DNA from: Vermamoeba vermiformis
Taxonomy: Eukaryota
DNA: 64,000 bases
Direction of reading: 5' to 3'
NCBI GenBank assembly: GCA_045837725.1
Contig: JBEWZL010000235.1
Coordinates: 372,001 to 436,000 of the forward strand
Shown here: one piece after another, positions 1 to 13,100 of the stretch
How positions within the stretch are numbered: the stretch's first letter is position 1
How the letters are laid out: each line of letters opens with the position of its first letter
Translations under genes and position numbers: made by a program
Notes under the pieces: model-generated
Told to the model about the DNA's origin: nothing
Databases searched by the model: none
The model's input: only the letters and a program-made list of their open reading frames with translations

Positions 1-1214
1 ACATTAGTGCAGCTCCACGAACATTGCACAACCATTTATGACCGTTAGTCCTATAGTAGGTCTCGGTGTTAGCATGAAGCACTATGTTTAAGTTTTCAAA
101 TTGCTTATATCACTTACACGTAGAAGTCTGGATCCAGCTCTTGCAAATTTAATTTGACTTGTCCCCACGCGTGCGCACCGTCGATCATGACCATTACATC
201 ATTCCTATGGCATATTTGGATCATTTCTTTGATAGGAAACACGATGGCGGTAGGACTCGTAATGTGTTCAAAGGCCGCTAATCGAATTTTGCCTTTTCCT
301 TCAACGTTTGTATTCTTCGATAAATACTCTTCAAATTGATCTAAAATATCCTTTGAGTCTTTGATAGGAAATTTTAAGCTCATTAATTCCAAGATAACGC
401 CTGACGATTTGGAGATGTAATCCACCGTCATTTTGACCGCGCCGTACGTAATGTCGAACATTAACACTCGTTCTCCTTCTTTAAAATTAAGACTTCGTAG
501 AATTGCGTTCATTCCAAACTCTAAACATTTAACAAATGATAAGTAAGCGCGGAAACGGAGAAAAAAAATTGATGCTCATGGTTGACTTTGAGCCTACTTA
601 CCGACATTAGGCACGAATGTAACTTGTTGAGGTTTAGCTCCTACGGAATAGGCACATTCTCGAAGGGATTTAATGACATGCGGGTATAATTCGTCGTAAA
701 AGAACTGCACTGGCTGTTCTTCAATGTGCCGTTGGCAATCTGTCAAAAAAAGTTAATTTCGACCGCTAAAGGATGAAAATAGCGGCATAATAAATTATTA
801 TATTCGTGAGTAATGGTTACCTTGATAATAATTCAAAATAGGCTTCGGGACGCCTCCGTATGACCCGTGGGCGATAAAAGTCAGATCCTGCTTGAAATAG
901 AATAATTCTTTGCCAATATGCTCGCCAAGCTCTGGTGGTATGCTGTTAAAAGCATCTAAGGCGTTCTCTGCGAAAATTCATTGGTCAGATCAGTTAAAAA
1001 AAATTCAAAGTACACGGATGCTGGTATTGTTCCAGTCTAAAATTATACATATAATAATTTCTAATAATAGTAACGAATGCCGGTTCTAAAATTAGTTAAA
1101 TGATTTCGCTAGTTTAGTCGTTGTTTGATCTTACTTACTTTCAAACTCAAAACTAGCTGGCTCTTTATATTCAGTATTATTTTGCCTAACCCATGTTTCT
1201 ACGTCTTTGTACAT
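1..1214 (-). CDS. Class-V PLP-dependent aminotransferase/lyase (Egt2 / L-cysteine desulfhydrase / CefD-like); multi-exon, 3' end outside window
   Basis: Spliced exons give MYKDVETW..., FIAHGSYGGVP, TYGAV, FEHITSPTA, IDGAHAWGQ and the PLP-lysine motif TNGHKWL; GT-AG introns between them. Confidence 0.85.
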
Positions 1215-1341
1215 TATTTGTGTTGCTTAGGCGCGTGATTGAACAACACTTTTTTTTGTTGGACGGCAAACCGGTCCTGGTAGAAATCTTTGGCTGAAAA
1301 AATCTATTGTTGCACGCCATAATATTTATTAGATACTACAA

Positions 1342-2623
1342 ATGGATAATCCAAAGTTTTTCGGTGCTTTTGTCAACGGCATCTTGCGAAATACATTTTA
1401 CGGAGATGATTCAATTACACCTGAATTTCTGAAGTCAGAATTATTTGCAGATCACGATATTACTGTTGAAGGTAATTATTTTGATATTTATAGTTCTATC
1501 CTGAACTCTCTGCATTTTTCTGATTGATCCGAATTTTCAACTTAATTTTCTAATTAAGATTAACAGCCTGATAATCATTCATTATGAGCTATATAGCAGA
1601 GAATATTTTTTACGCTTGTAAATAATAATTTTAATATTATTGGCAAATTTTGGTGTTGATCAGCTGGATCGGACTGGCAGCCAATCTACCCGACTAATAA
1701 CTGTTATTTAATAGATATCGCGGTTAAATTCAAAAGCCTACAAGAGTTATTGACAAAAGCTGGCAGCGAGAACTATGAAATATCGGAAATCGAAAAGGCA
1801 TTACAGAGCGTAAGTAGGAATGCTTTAATATAGCGCTTTCTGCATATCAATTGTATCATAATATATTATAATTATCGTCATAAAAATGGTGATTATAGCT
1901 TAATAATGATTATAGAGCGATTTGGACGAAATGCAACAAGCAGTTGTAGCGAAGTTATGGCGAACACAGAAACAAAAGGTAAATTATCTTCACATTATAA
2001 ATGCCGTATATAGAATATAGTATACTATCATATCACTGCTAAGTGTTATTACATCCGTATTGGATGAGATGGAGCTCGAATTTATCGGATCCGTTCTTAG
2101 CGAAACTATTTGTGTTCTTATATGCTTTTGGCTATTGTAATAACAATATTCATGAATAGATTCACGATTCATTGCGTCAAAAGAGCAGTTTCAACGACAA
2201 ATTGAAGAAGCTGAGCTGGCGTATTGACGTCGAAACTAAGACGAAGGATTCAAAGGGCGATTTGAACAATACTATAGCTATTGTAGAGATGGTGCTTGGA
2301 AAGGTAAGCTTACATATAGCAAGAATTACTCGTAGCTCAAATTTAAACGCTGCACGATCCCGTTACAAAACATTTTATTTGGCTTGGATCCACGCTACAA
2401 TAGACTTAATTCATATCTATAAATACCAAAAATATTAGAATACCGAATATATACTCATTTTGTTTTTGTGTAGCCATCTTTCGCCGCGGATTCAAACACG
2501 CAAACAGTTAGCGAGACTGATAAGGCAATTCGATTTGAAATGAGCAAAGATCAAATACATGAAACATTGTATCATATTAATAACATCCAAAAGTTAATTA
2601 ACGGCGATCAAGAACAGCAATAA
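1342..2623 (+). CDS. COMMD1: COMM domain protein, COMMD1-like
   Basis: Spliced: NGILRNTFYGDDSITPEFLKSELF...KLWRTQKQKIHDSLRQKSSFNDKLKKLSWRIDV...AIVEMVLGK...IRFEMSK, matching my recollection of COMMD1 motifs; stop TAA 2621-2623. Confidence 0.85.
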
Positions 2624-3543
2624 GGATCGCATCTGTGATCAGAACCACTGGAACTTCTTTTTAAATAAATCCATTTGTTAAATACTCAAGTCATCCGTAT
2701 TTATAATTCAAACGGGTTAAATCATTCATTCTAGCAACTGGCCGCAGGACCTGGTGCTCAATAATGTTTTTCGCTGTAGAAATGCCTTTTAAATTGCTAG
2801 CAGCGAGGCAATGCCACAAAAGTCATTATAACTTGGTGGTGCAAAACATGATTGTTATGCGAGCAACGAGGGAGTTAACGAATGGCAGATCGACCTTTTG
2901 ATCTGTTTGTACTTCGTCACTGCTAATTATTCTAATAATATTATTTTTATTATTTTCAATATTACCATACCACATGTACAATGCTATGGACGTCAATCGA
3001 GTAAGAGTAAGGATTAAATTATTTTTACAATTATTCTAATTTTTGGCCATTAAGCAGTCTGCTCGCTACAATAGGACACAAACATTATATAAGAACTCTG
3101 CGAGAATTTAAGGAAGGTTAGGTTATTAATGAAGGCAGTCGCGCTCATTTGGACCGCCAAGATTGAAATCGTGGTAACTCTGCTGGTCTTTTAGATAATT
3201 ACGCAAATGAATTATTTTAAAGATGTGTAATTACGCAGATATTTTCGACGAATCAACGTGCGCTTCTTTGCGACTTTAATTCACCGGATTTGTTTTCCAG
3301 CCTTGAAACGGTTATTTTCAAACAAAATATGATCGTTTCATAAAGATATGATTACATCAATCGATTATTTACGAGATTTGCTTAGAAGATATTTCTAGCA
3401 CTAAATTTACGGATCTGCAATCTTGCTCTGATTTTCTCCGAGATTTCTGCTTATTCTATAGGTCCTGTCTTGCCCAACGTATTGTTTCGGACAAATAGAC
3501 CTATTTAGCGATCGACAAACACAACTACGAGTATTCATCGCGA

Positions 3544-6500
3544 ATGGATACTATGCACAGATCCGGCTTTCGGATCTGTTTAATTATACTGGCTTTGGGC
3601 ATATTTTGTCTAGTTGACGTAAGTATATCGACAAATATTTGTTTTATGATTAATTTTGTCCGAGAATAAGCGCAGATCCGGTTCTATTACGTGATATAAT
3701 CACAACGTATTCCGATCTGTGTAAGGAAGATGGCCAGTCCGGCTCGGCTCGGCTATCCGGAACGTTCTGGCTATCCGGAGGCAGGTGGTGGAAACTTGGG
3801 TTGGCAACCACGCAGATGTCCCAGGTTCAAATCCCAGCGGCATACCTGATTTTTATTTATTTGTATGGCTTGGTACCTGCTCAAGGTGGACTGAAACTGT
3901 CAACTGCACTGAGGTCATGGGTTCAAATCCCGTGGGTAGCGTTAATTATTATCCACATAGTTGATTGATCTTTGTTGCTTTTTCAGCTAGTAGGTTCATA
4001 ATTGAAGGAACAATGGTTACTTAGTGCACTATGGTTATCCAACACAAAAAGAAGTTCTTTGCACACCCTCCATATACTTATCCGGAAGTTTTTACTTGTC
4101 CGGGACATGCAACTTGTCCGGGCTGGATAACTTAGCCGGGCTGGACATCTCACCCTGGCTGGCTATGTCATCCATGCTGGATTGGCCATCCTCCTAAATG
4201 ATTCGATATTTTTCAAGCTTTTCGAAAATATTTGTATATTAACCATTAAATTATAGCATATAATTAAGTATTCTTGTCTTAGGCCCGATTAACACTGCCA
4301 CCTGATTACGACGGCCGTGATGGATTTGGCACTTCAGTTGCAGTCTCATTGAATGACGAATTAGCAATTTCAGCGCCAGATACTAGAGCTATATTTATAT
4401 ACAAACAAGGCGATAATATGACATGGAGCGTTACACAAGTTATTAGCTTGGATCAAGGAAGCGAATCCGATCAGTTTGGCGCGGCTATCTTATTTGGCAA
4501 CAATTTTCTATTTATTGGTGCTCCCGGCGTATTAAATAGTAAGTCTTATACCTCTAGTTAGAATTCTTTTCTTATTGTCCAAATTGCGAATTCAAACTTA
4601 CAATTTTTTCTTCGACAGATGCAGGCGAAGTTTACGTGTACTCAAAGGTCAAAACGGACAAATGGGAATTTATACAGAAAGTTAATCCAGTACCTACTGG
4701 CAGCGACCGTTCTACAAGTTTTGGAACTTCGATCTCAGTTAGCAATCGATTCTTAGCTGTCGCAGCTTCTTCTTCAGTCTTTGTCTTCAACCTCAACGAA
4801 ACTGCATCGAATTGGAGCCTATTAAAGCGATTCAATTATATGACCTTCAGAGCAGCTCGAGTTCTTGTAACGGATTCGATCTTGTTTGCGAGCGATCCGA
4901 AAAATCAGAACGTATTATACTACACGTATAACGAAGTCACAATGAATTTTGAAAATCAACAGCAAGTCAATAGACCACTCTCATCACAGCAAAACTTTGG
5001 AATTGGGTTGGCTTATTTTGGCGGGAACTTCTTTATTTCAGCGCCTAATGTCACGGTGAATCAAACTTATACTAGCCAAATTCAGTTTGGATACGTCAAT
5101 ACGACTACATATGAATGGATTGCTTTGGACAAGTGGACGCGAGACCCCGGATACGGACTACTTTTGACAACTTCAGTCAACAACCAACGACTATTTATAG
5201 CTTCAAATTACTCCATAGCTTTAGTCAACGACATTACAAGTCCAGATTCAGGCGCAGTATTCGATGTTAATGGCGTGACTAGTGCGGATAGTGACTCAAA
5301 GGGATTTGCTTTCTTTGGTGTCACCGGCGCCGTTCGACTATTTCAATTCGACGCACCGTCTAATTCGTGGACCGAAATTGATGGAAATGCACCTGTTGTA
5401 GCTCCTGCGGCCCCAGTTCCATCGCCACCCAATAATGACTTGCCGTTGGGACTTGGATTGGGCTTGCCGCTTGGCCTTCTTGCAGGTACGTAGTATCAAT
5501 TCAAGTCTATTATTCAAACATTAACGTTATCTACTTCGTAGCTGGAGCCGTTGTGTTTGTGGTTTTGTTTTTGAAAAAGAAGAAGAAACAAAAGAAGAAG
5601 AAAGAAGAGGAAGAACGTAAAGCGGAGCAAGCAAAGCGAGAATCTACAGCTGGACTGCCTCGTGTTCAGAGTCAAGTACGTTACAATTCTTTTAATATAA
5701 TTCGAAGAAAACGAACCTAACTGTATACTTTACCCAGTACAACGCGTTACCGGCAATTAATGCAAGTGAGAGTGACCCAATGGCAAACACTATTAATGCA
5801 GGTAACGCTATGACCGAGACTATGGCGTTAGACCGATTGAACGTTCCGTACGCCTCGTTGAAGTTTAACGAAGAAATTGGAGTTGGCGCATTTGGCAAAG
5901 TGTTCTTAGGCGGTGAGTATTATCCACGATACAATATTAATATTAATACTAACTTGTTGACGTAGAATGGGAGCACGCTGTGGTTGCATTGAAGATCGGA
6001 ACTGTTGTGTCTAATCAAGCATTTTTCGACGAGGCAAAACTCATGGTGTAAGTTTTAAGTTTGATTATGTTTAAATATTGATATTAACGCGGAATGTTTA
6101 GTGAATTGCGGCCTCACCCTAACATCGTACAAATGTACGGTGTCTCTATCGACGGTCCGTATCCAGTTATGATTCTAGAGTACTGCGATGGCGGTAGTTT
6201 GGACAAGCGACTATTTACCAAGAATAGTTCGCTGGGTCAACGCGATGAGCTTGATTTTGCGTTCGGTATTGCTAAGGGACTGAACTACTTGCATAAGAAT
6301 GGCATTGTACATCGCGACTTGGCTGTACGAAACGTTTTGGTACGTAGCAACAAAATTTGACGGTCAAAAATTTGAAATTTGCCACTCAAAATTCTCAATT
6401 CGGCTTTTGTACTGGCTTATCTTTATTTTTATCGACATATAGCGAACACTAACTAATATTTTTCTCCTATAGTTGCTGCACGGAGTCCCTAAAATTTCCG

Positions 6501-7000
6501 ATTTTGGCATGTCTCGCGCTGTTGGACAAACGCGACAAGGAACAACAAAGTCGACTGTTGGACCAATTCGGTGGATGGTATGACCTTCGTATCCATTATT
6601 CATTATAAGCGTTAGCATTAACGATGTTATTTTAGGCACCTGAGTCGCTAAAGACAAAGGAGTACAGTCATTTCTCCGATGTTTGGTCGTATGGAATAAC
6701 GTTGTACGAAATAGTAGCCAGACAAGAGCCACATAGTAACGAAGACGAACTAAATATAGCCGTTAAGATTAGGTTAGTCACTACTTCAATTTACTTTTGT
6801 GGATGCGAATTTTCTCTTACTTGACCTTAATTAACAAAATCTTAAGGGATGAGAATTATACGCCCGCTGTTCCAGAGCATTGCAACGCATTTTTGAAGTC
6901 GCTCATGGAACGGTGTTGGAATGCGGATCCAGAAAAGCGACCAACGATGGAAGTGATCTGCAACGAATTTCAGGAGTACTTGAGCTCTAATCAAGCTTAG
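3544..7000 (+). CDS. Receptor kinase: signal peptide, FG-GAP-like repeat ectodomain, TM helix, tyrosine-kinase-type domain
   Basis: Exon 1 MDTMHRSGFRICLIILALGIFCLVD; repeats FGTSVAVS / FGAAI..IGAPG / FGIGLA..ISAP; TM LGLGLGLPLGLLA..VVFVVLFL followed by poly-K; kinase GVGAFG, VALK, HRDLAVRN, DFG, GPIRWMAPE. Confidence 0.88.
3725..4194. mobile_element. Non-autonomous TIR element (MITE, PIF/Harbinger-like) in intron 1 of the kinase gene
   Basis: Left end GGAAGATGGCCAGTCCGGC versus reverse complement of right end GGAGGATGGCCAATCCAGC (16/19 identical); TAA on both sides (3722-3724, 4195-4197); subterminal TCCGG-containing repeats; GC-richer ends than the intron. Confidence 0.75.
3872..3941 (+). 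pseudogene. Decayed tRNA-derived unit inside the MITE
   Basis: Acceptor-like GGTACCT/GGGTAGC (6 of 7 pairs), A-box-like GCTCAAGGTGG, T-arm ATGGG-TTCAAAT-CCCGT; no clean anticodon arm. Confidence 0.6.
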
Positions 7001-7592
7001 TACACTTTTGTAAATAGGATTATTTATTAATTAAATGCATATTAACTCGACTCACCGGCCTTGGATGTGCCACCGTTGCATTGCTGCACTGCGTAGTAAA
7101 GTAAGTAATCACTATTGATGTTCGTACTTACTAATTCTTTTGCTATATATCTAGCAGATAAGTTACTGTGGTATTACTACCTTCAGAGGCCAGTACGCGG
7201 CAAGTGGGAAGGTATCATTCGTGTTTTCGTGTATTCAGATATTGATATCTTCTGTTCAGATTGCCTGCGGTTGGAACCTTCCAATGACGAGAACGTTGTT
7301 TTTTTTGGAAATTCCAAATTGTTCCCTTTTTTGAGAGCTTCGACAGGTGTCAAACAGCTTCCTAGAAGGTTCACAGAAGGTTCACATGGCGTAATCGCGA
7401 CACTACTACGGAGCAATAGACTATGGAGAAATCATTATAAGAAGCTATTAGACAAGTAGTACTGGTGGTCCGCTTTTTCAATTTTAAGATCCGCTATCTC
7501 GACGGATCACCGTTTTTCCGTTGGAGCATAAATAGACAAAGGTACCGAGTGAGTTATATCGAATAATTATTCACTCAAATAGCATCTTCATC

Positions 7593-8477
7593 ATGTCCAC
7601 ACCTCAAGTATTCCTCATCACCGGTTGCTCAAGCGGTTTTGGCTACGCACTCGTCGAACATTTTCTCGCTGCTGGTCACAAAGTTGCCGCTACTGCTCGA
7701 GACGTGTCTAAAGTAGAAGGATTTGCTAAGAAACATTCTCAATCAGCTCTTGCTCTTCGCTTGGACGTCACTGACAAAGCATCCATCCACGACGCTGTCG
7801 AGAAGACCATTCAAAAGTTTGGACGCATTGACGTGCTTATTAACAACGCTGGATATGGCATCATGAACTCCGCCGAATTTTTCACTGAACGCGAGCTCCG
7901 TGCAATTATGGACACCAACTTCTTCGGCGCTGTCTTCACTTCTCAAGCTGTTTTGCCGCAGATGCGCAAACAACGCAGTGGAGCCATTATTCAAGTCTCT
8001 TCTGCTATGGGTTCCACCACGATGCCTGGCAACGCTGCATATTGTGCTACCAAGTACGCTCTCGCTGGATTCTCGGAAACTCTCGCCTCAGAAGTTGCAC
8101 CTCTCGGGATCCGCGTTGTCGTCACCGAGCCCGGAGGCTTCAATACCGGAATTATGGCAAAAATTCAAGCCCCTCCTTCAGAAGCCATCGAGACCTACGA
8201 TGTTCTTAAGCAGTTGCTGCCTGTACTGAACTTGTTGAATGGCAATCAGATTGGAGATCCGGTCAAGTTCGCAGTTGCCGTCGAACAAATTCTCGCGCTC
8301 GAAAAACCACCAGTTCGCATCCCAATTGGCAGCGACTCTATTGCCATGGTGCGCGCTCATGCGGTGAAGCAAATCGAAGACATTGATGCCTTTAAGCACA
8401 TCGGATCCAAGACCGATTATGACAATTTGAATGAAACTCAATTGACCTTGTTGAAGATGTTCGCTATTCAACAATAA
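7593..8477 (+). CDS. Classical short-chain dehydrogenase/reductase, intronless
   Basis: TGCSSGFG, LDVTD, NNAG, catalytic YCATK, EPG; single 294-aa ORF. Confidence 0.93.
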   Translation: MSTPQVFLITGCSSGFGYALVEHFLAAGHKVAATARDVSKVEGFAKKHSQSALALRLDVTDKASIHDAVEKTIQKFGRIDVLINNAGYGIMNSAEFFTERELRAIMDTNFFGAVFTSQAVLPQMRKQRSGAIIQVSSAMGSTTMPGNAAYCATKYALAGFSETLASEVAPLGIRVVVTEPGGFNTGIMAKIQAPPSEAIETYDVLKQLLPVLNLLNGNQIGDPVKFAVAVEQILALEKPPVRIPIGSDSIAMVRAHAVKQIEDIDAFKHIGSKTDYDNLNETQLTLLKMFAIQQ

Positions 8478-8917
8478 GAAGGACCTTACTGTGGCTCTTG
8501 TTCATTTTCTATCTATCCAATAAATAAAATTGATAAAAGCGTTTTTGTCGTGATTGCAGGACAGGCACTGAGTTACACTTTATACGAGGTGCAATTACTG
8601 ATGTTCTCGACATTGCACGGCACCACGTGATCTCAAAATTACAGAAGAATAAAATATCTAGTTATTTTCTGACAATGTGATTTTCGTGGCTTTGTAGGTC
8701 GCTCTATTAATTTTTTCAGAAATGGCGCATAGCACCACATATAAATAATGAATATATCAAAGAGTAATGCAACAACAATTGAAAGCAACAGAAATCAATT
8801 TAACTCGCAATTAATTTTTAGATCCAGGTTTGTAAAATCTTCTAACTGCTCGAAAAATTCATATAAATTAATGAATATTATTTTAATTATCAGCTAGTAA
8901 GTTTAAAGCAAGAACAA

Positions 8918-9589
8918 ATGGAAAAGATCGAGAACAAGGCAGAATACTTTTTTGGCGATAAGCCAGTGATTGACAAGGCGGTTGATGAAGACGAATTCGA
9001 AGGCGCAGTGACGGAGCAAGTAATATTTAGCCCGGAAGAAACGATAGAAAAGATATTGACGCTGAATCTGGCGGACTTCTGGAACCAAATCTGGGTTGAG
9101 CTTGCAACGCTTGGCTGCACTGTAGAAGTCAGCGAAGACTACAAGAACGTCATATTGAAGAACGTATCTGCAATGGCACGCGCAAAGTACCCTCTGCGCG
9201 AATCTCCGTACGTCAGCTTTGACGAAGATGCGGCCAGCGCGAAGAAGAAGGGCTGGATATGGAACGACAACGTTCACGTCGTTGTTAAGCAAATATGGTT
9301 CCCAAGCACGTTCGCAGAGGCAGTAATTTCGTGGATGTTCGCTGAATGCGGCGCTGAATCCGGATTGAGCATGATTCGCAAGGATATGCAGGTAGAGCCA
9401 AACGAAGTATCGGCATACAACGATTGGCTAGCCTTCTTTAACGACGCATTCAACTTCTGCGAGCACAACTTGACGAACTTCAAGGGCAAGCCCGTACGCG
9501 ATCTGGTACTGAAGAACGACGGCAACAAGAAGGTGACGATAGCGCAAGACGCGGGTGCTTTCTACTTTGTGGAGTACTTTACTTCTTAA
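8918..9589 (+). CDS. Hypothetical protein (223 aa; 5' end may extend via a splice acceptor at 8893)
   Basis: Long GC-richer ORF with coding-like codon use, followed by AATAAA; no recognised motif. Confidence 0.65.
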   Translation: MEKIENKAEYFFGDKPVIDKAVDEDEFEGAVTEQVIFSPEETIEKILTLNLADFWNQIWVELATLGCTVEVSEDYKNVILKNVSAMARAKYPLRESPYVSFDEDAASAKKKGWIWNDNVHVVVKQIWFPSTFAEAVISWMFAECGAESGLSMIRKDMQVEPNEVSAYNDWLAFFNDAFNFCEHNLTNFKGKPVRDLVLKNDGNKKVTIAQDAGAFYFVEYFTS

Positions 9590-10172
9590 GTAAGTCATAT
9601 ATATGCCCTTATTAAGCAGACTTTTGTAAATAAAATTCCAAGCTTAATTTTTGTCGTACGAATTTTTATTGCGATCATAACTGTTATTATTTATAAAATA
9701 GCTATATTAGAGTAATTATAATAGTCCAACGGATATCAAAAAGATTATCCTTTACGACTAGCATTAGTGCTCGGATCTCGTGCTAAGCACTCTGTGTACG
9801 AAAATTAAGATTAGCATTGCATTAATTCCAAAACAGTACGAAATCAAAATATTTATATATAATTAATAATTTAGTAACTAGACTGTCTTTGCGTTGGATT
9901 TAGAACCAAGAATTACGCGGAACTGGCAGTGATACAGATCCACTCTAAAGAAATATGATAGCAAGATATTTATCTATCTTGATCAATATGGTCATGATTG
10001 ACAGTAATCTGCTCCGCTCGACATTACCGACATGTTCTCTTTCCAAATCCAGCGAAACGATTCTCATGCTTCTAGACAATCGTTCACAAGCTGTTAGTAC
10101 TCGCTTATATAATATTATTTATTATAGTGATTTGATCTAATATTTGTTTTTTGTAGCTTCACAAGCCCACGA

Positions 10173-13100
10173 ATGATCCACTACAAACGGATCATGCATA
10201 AATTGTTATGTATTGTCGTTGCGTGCCATGCGTTTATATTAGTAAATGCTGCACAACCTGGTAGCAGAAGTGGAGCTGCAACATGGTACTATAACGGCGA
10301 GTTATGGATGTTTGGTGGATCCGGATGGGACGAGACATCCAAGTCAGGTAAGAATTATTCCTTTGCCAATGAATACAATACCTAAAGCATAATATGGATT
10401 GAAATTCTCAACTAATATCCAATACTTATTCTAGAGGGCTATTTGAGCGATTTATGGAGCTTCGATCCGACAACGAATTACTGGGCGTTTGTTCACGGCA
10501 ATAATGTTCAAAATCAGCAGCCTAGCTCAACCGATCCACCTAGCAATAACCCTGGTGGACTAGTATATATGTGCTCATGGCTAGACGAAACTAATTCCTT
10601 GTGGCTGTTCGGAGGCGAATCCGTTACAAGTGCCATTAACCCGATTGGCTATTCAAGTGCAGTATGGCAATTCAATCCATTGACCAATCAGTGGAATATG
10701 GTGCTAGGAGGCTCTTCATATGGTTCTTATACGCCTACCTATCAGATCGGGCCTAGATCACTTCACGGATGTGTTTCAACGGATGGAGGCAAAACAGTCT
10801 ATGTCAGTGGCGGTGTCGGATACGACTCAAGCACTAATAAGGGTTAGTATATATTACAATCGGACATATCGGAGTTTTGTTGCTAGCATTATTTAATTGT
10901 GGAAAAATTTTTGTGACACCAGTCGTATACCGGAAATTAACCGAATTAATTATTAATATAATTCATTTGTTCAGGACTTTTAAACGATTTATGGTCCTAT
11001 TCACGCGTTAACAATCAATGGACATTTGAAAGTGGCAATGACACGCACGATTGCCTCGGCACTTTGAGCACGGTCAATGTGCCTTCAACAACGCAATATC
11101 CAGCGTGTAGCACTCGCACTGCATCATGGGCCACGGGCACTTCAGAAATATATTTCGTGGCTGGCCGTACGTACACAGGAATCAGCAATCAAGTGCTCCG
11201 TTACCGCGACTCAGCGCCGAGTGACTGGACTTTGTTCGGTGCTGGCGATTTGACCAAACGTCAGGCATCGGGCTCAGTCAGCGCCAATGGCAAAGTATGG
11301 CTGTTCGGAGGCTTGGGCGCTAGTGCTGCTGATACGAGCAAGAGCGGTAAGTTGAACGACGTTGTGACATTTTGCCACGTGTCAAAATCCTAATTACTAA
11401 ATCTTTTTTATCACGATACGCAGTGCTGTTATTATTTAGCAAAATTTTTGTAATTTCTTGGCAACCTCTGGTTGACGCAAACTTCTTTTTTGATGACACG
11501 TGCCAAACTGACACTTTGACAGGCATGTTGGCCGATCTGCTCGTATGGAATGGGACAGGATGGAAGTACGTGAAGGGTCCAAAAACAACGGATTCAATAG
11601 GCTCTTATCCTTCACAGCTCGGCACGGGCGACATCAATTCTTATCCCGGTGCACGACAGTACGCGATGATGTGGCTGGACAGTAATGATGACGTATGGCT
11701 GTTCGGCGGTCTTGGCTACGGCACTGATAGTTCAGTGGGCCAGTTGAATGATCTGTGGAAGTACACTGTGGCCACGAACATCTGGACCTGGGTCAGTGGC
11801 AGCAACACGTACAATCAGAACGGCAATTACACCGCCACACCTCGTCCTCCCGCCCCGCCTAAACCACCTGTCACCAGCACGCCTCTCACTTCAACTCCGG
11901 GCACTTCCCAGTCTCCTTCTAGCGCTGGCACGCCAATTGATCTGAGCCCGTCCGTTGCTGTACCAGGAATTAACAGTCCTGACAACTATTCGCCGGATTC
12001 AAGCAACAATGTCACTCTGCCTGGCAGTACGGACATGTCGCCTGAAGCAAAAATAGCAACAGGTGTCGTGGTGCCAGTAGTGGTCGTTGGAGTTGGAGTG
12101 CCGTTGTTGCTGACACTGTTGAAGCGGTGCAAGAAAAAACGACAAGCTGCTACGACCACTGCAGTGCCACTCGGATCGATTGACGGCGACAAGTACGATG
12201 TCATTGACGAGACTCAGAAAGGCACGTCTTACTCGCCTATTGACAGCACTACAACGGTACCTACGACATTGGCTCAGACTGAACTCACTGGCGACAGCAG
12301 ATTGATTCCTTATACAGCTGTCACTCTTGACAAAGAGATCGGAGAAGGTTCATACGGCAAAGGTACGTAGTTCATATTGATGTCATTTTAAGCCTTTGAA
12401 AGATTCGTTTAGTTATGAATTGTGAAATTTCTATCGGCAGGTTGTTTGAACGATTGAAGTGATAATTCTAACGTATATAATTTGTCACTTAGTGTACCTT
12501 GGCAAGCTCAGAACGACAAAAGTAGCCATCAAAGTCGCCAACACAAAACTGTCGCAGGAAGAATTCATCAGAGAAGCCAACTTCCAACTATCCATTCCTC
12601 CGCATCCAAACATTGTGCAACTTCTCGGTGTCTCGATTGACGGTCCACAGCCGCTAGTCGTGCTGGAGTACTGCAACGAAGGCAGCCTTGACAACGTTTT
12701 GTTTGATACGGATAAGATCAAAACACCCGCGGAACAAATCGCCCTTGCTGAAGCTATTGCACGAGGCGTCGATCACTTGCATCAGAATAACATCGTGCAT
12801 CGTGATTTAGCGGCCAGAAATATCTTGGTGCACCGCGGCGAGCCCAAAATATCCGATTTTGGCATGTCACGAAAACTCAAAGAAGTGTCGCAGGTCGGCA
12901 AGACAGCAACAAGTATTGGCCCGTTGCGGTGGATGGCGCCTGAAGCACTCGGCGAACAATTATACAGCACGAAGTCGGATGTGTGGTCGTTTGGCATGAT
13001 TTTGTATGAGATTGTGGCCCATCAAGAGCCGCATGTCAGCGAAGATTTGATCGGCATCGCTATTAAGATCAGAGATAGGGGATACACGCCTATTATTCCT

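Noticed and set aside
2880-3125. Mini-gene between COMMD1 and the kinase
   Set aside because: Only a very short spliceable ORF with no recognisable features.
3779-3941. Functional tRNA genes
   Set aside because: B-boxes are present, but D and anticodon arms do not fold and the first unit's T-stem is unpaired; treated as tRNA-derived relics.
7050-7459. Small spliced gene (ORF 7115-7459)
   Set aside because: An intron-like GTAAGT..CTAG exists, but there is no convincing start, motif or consistent frame.
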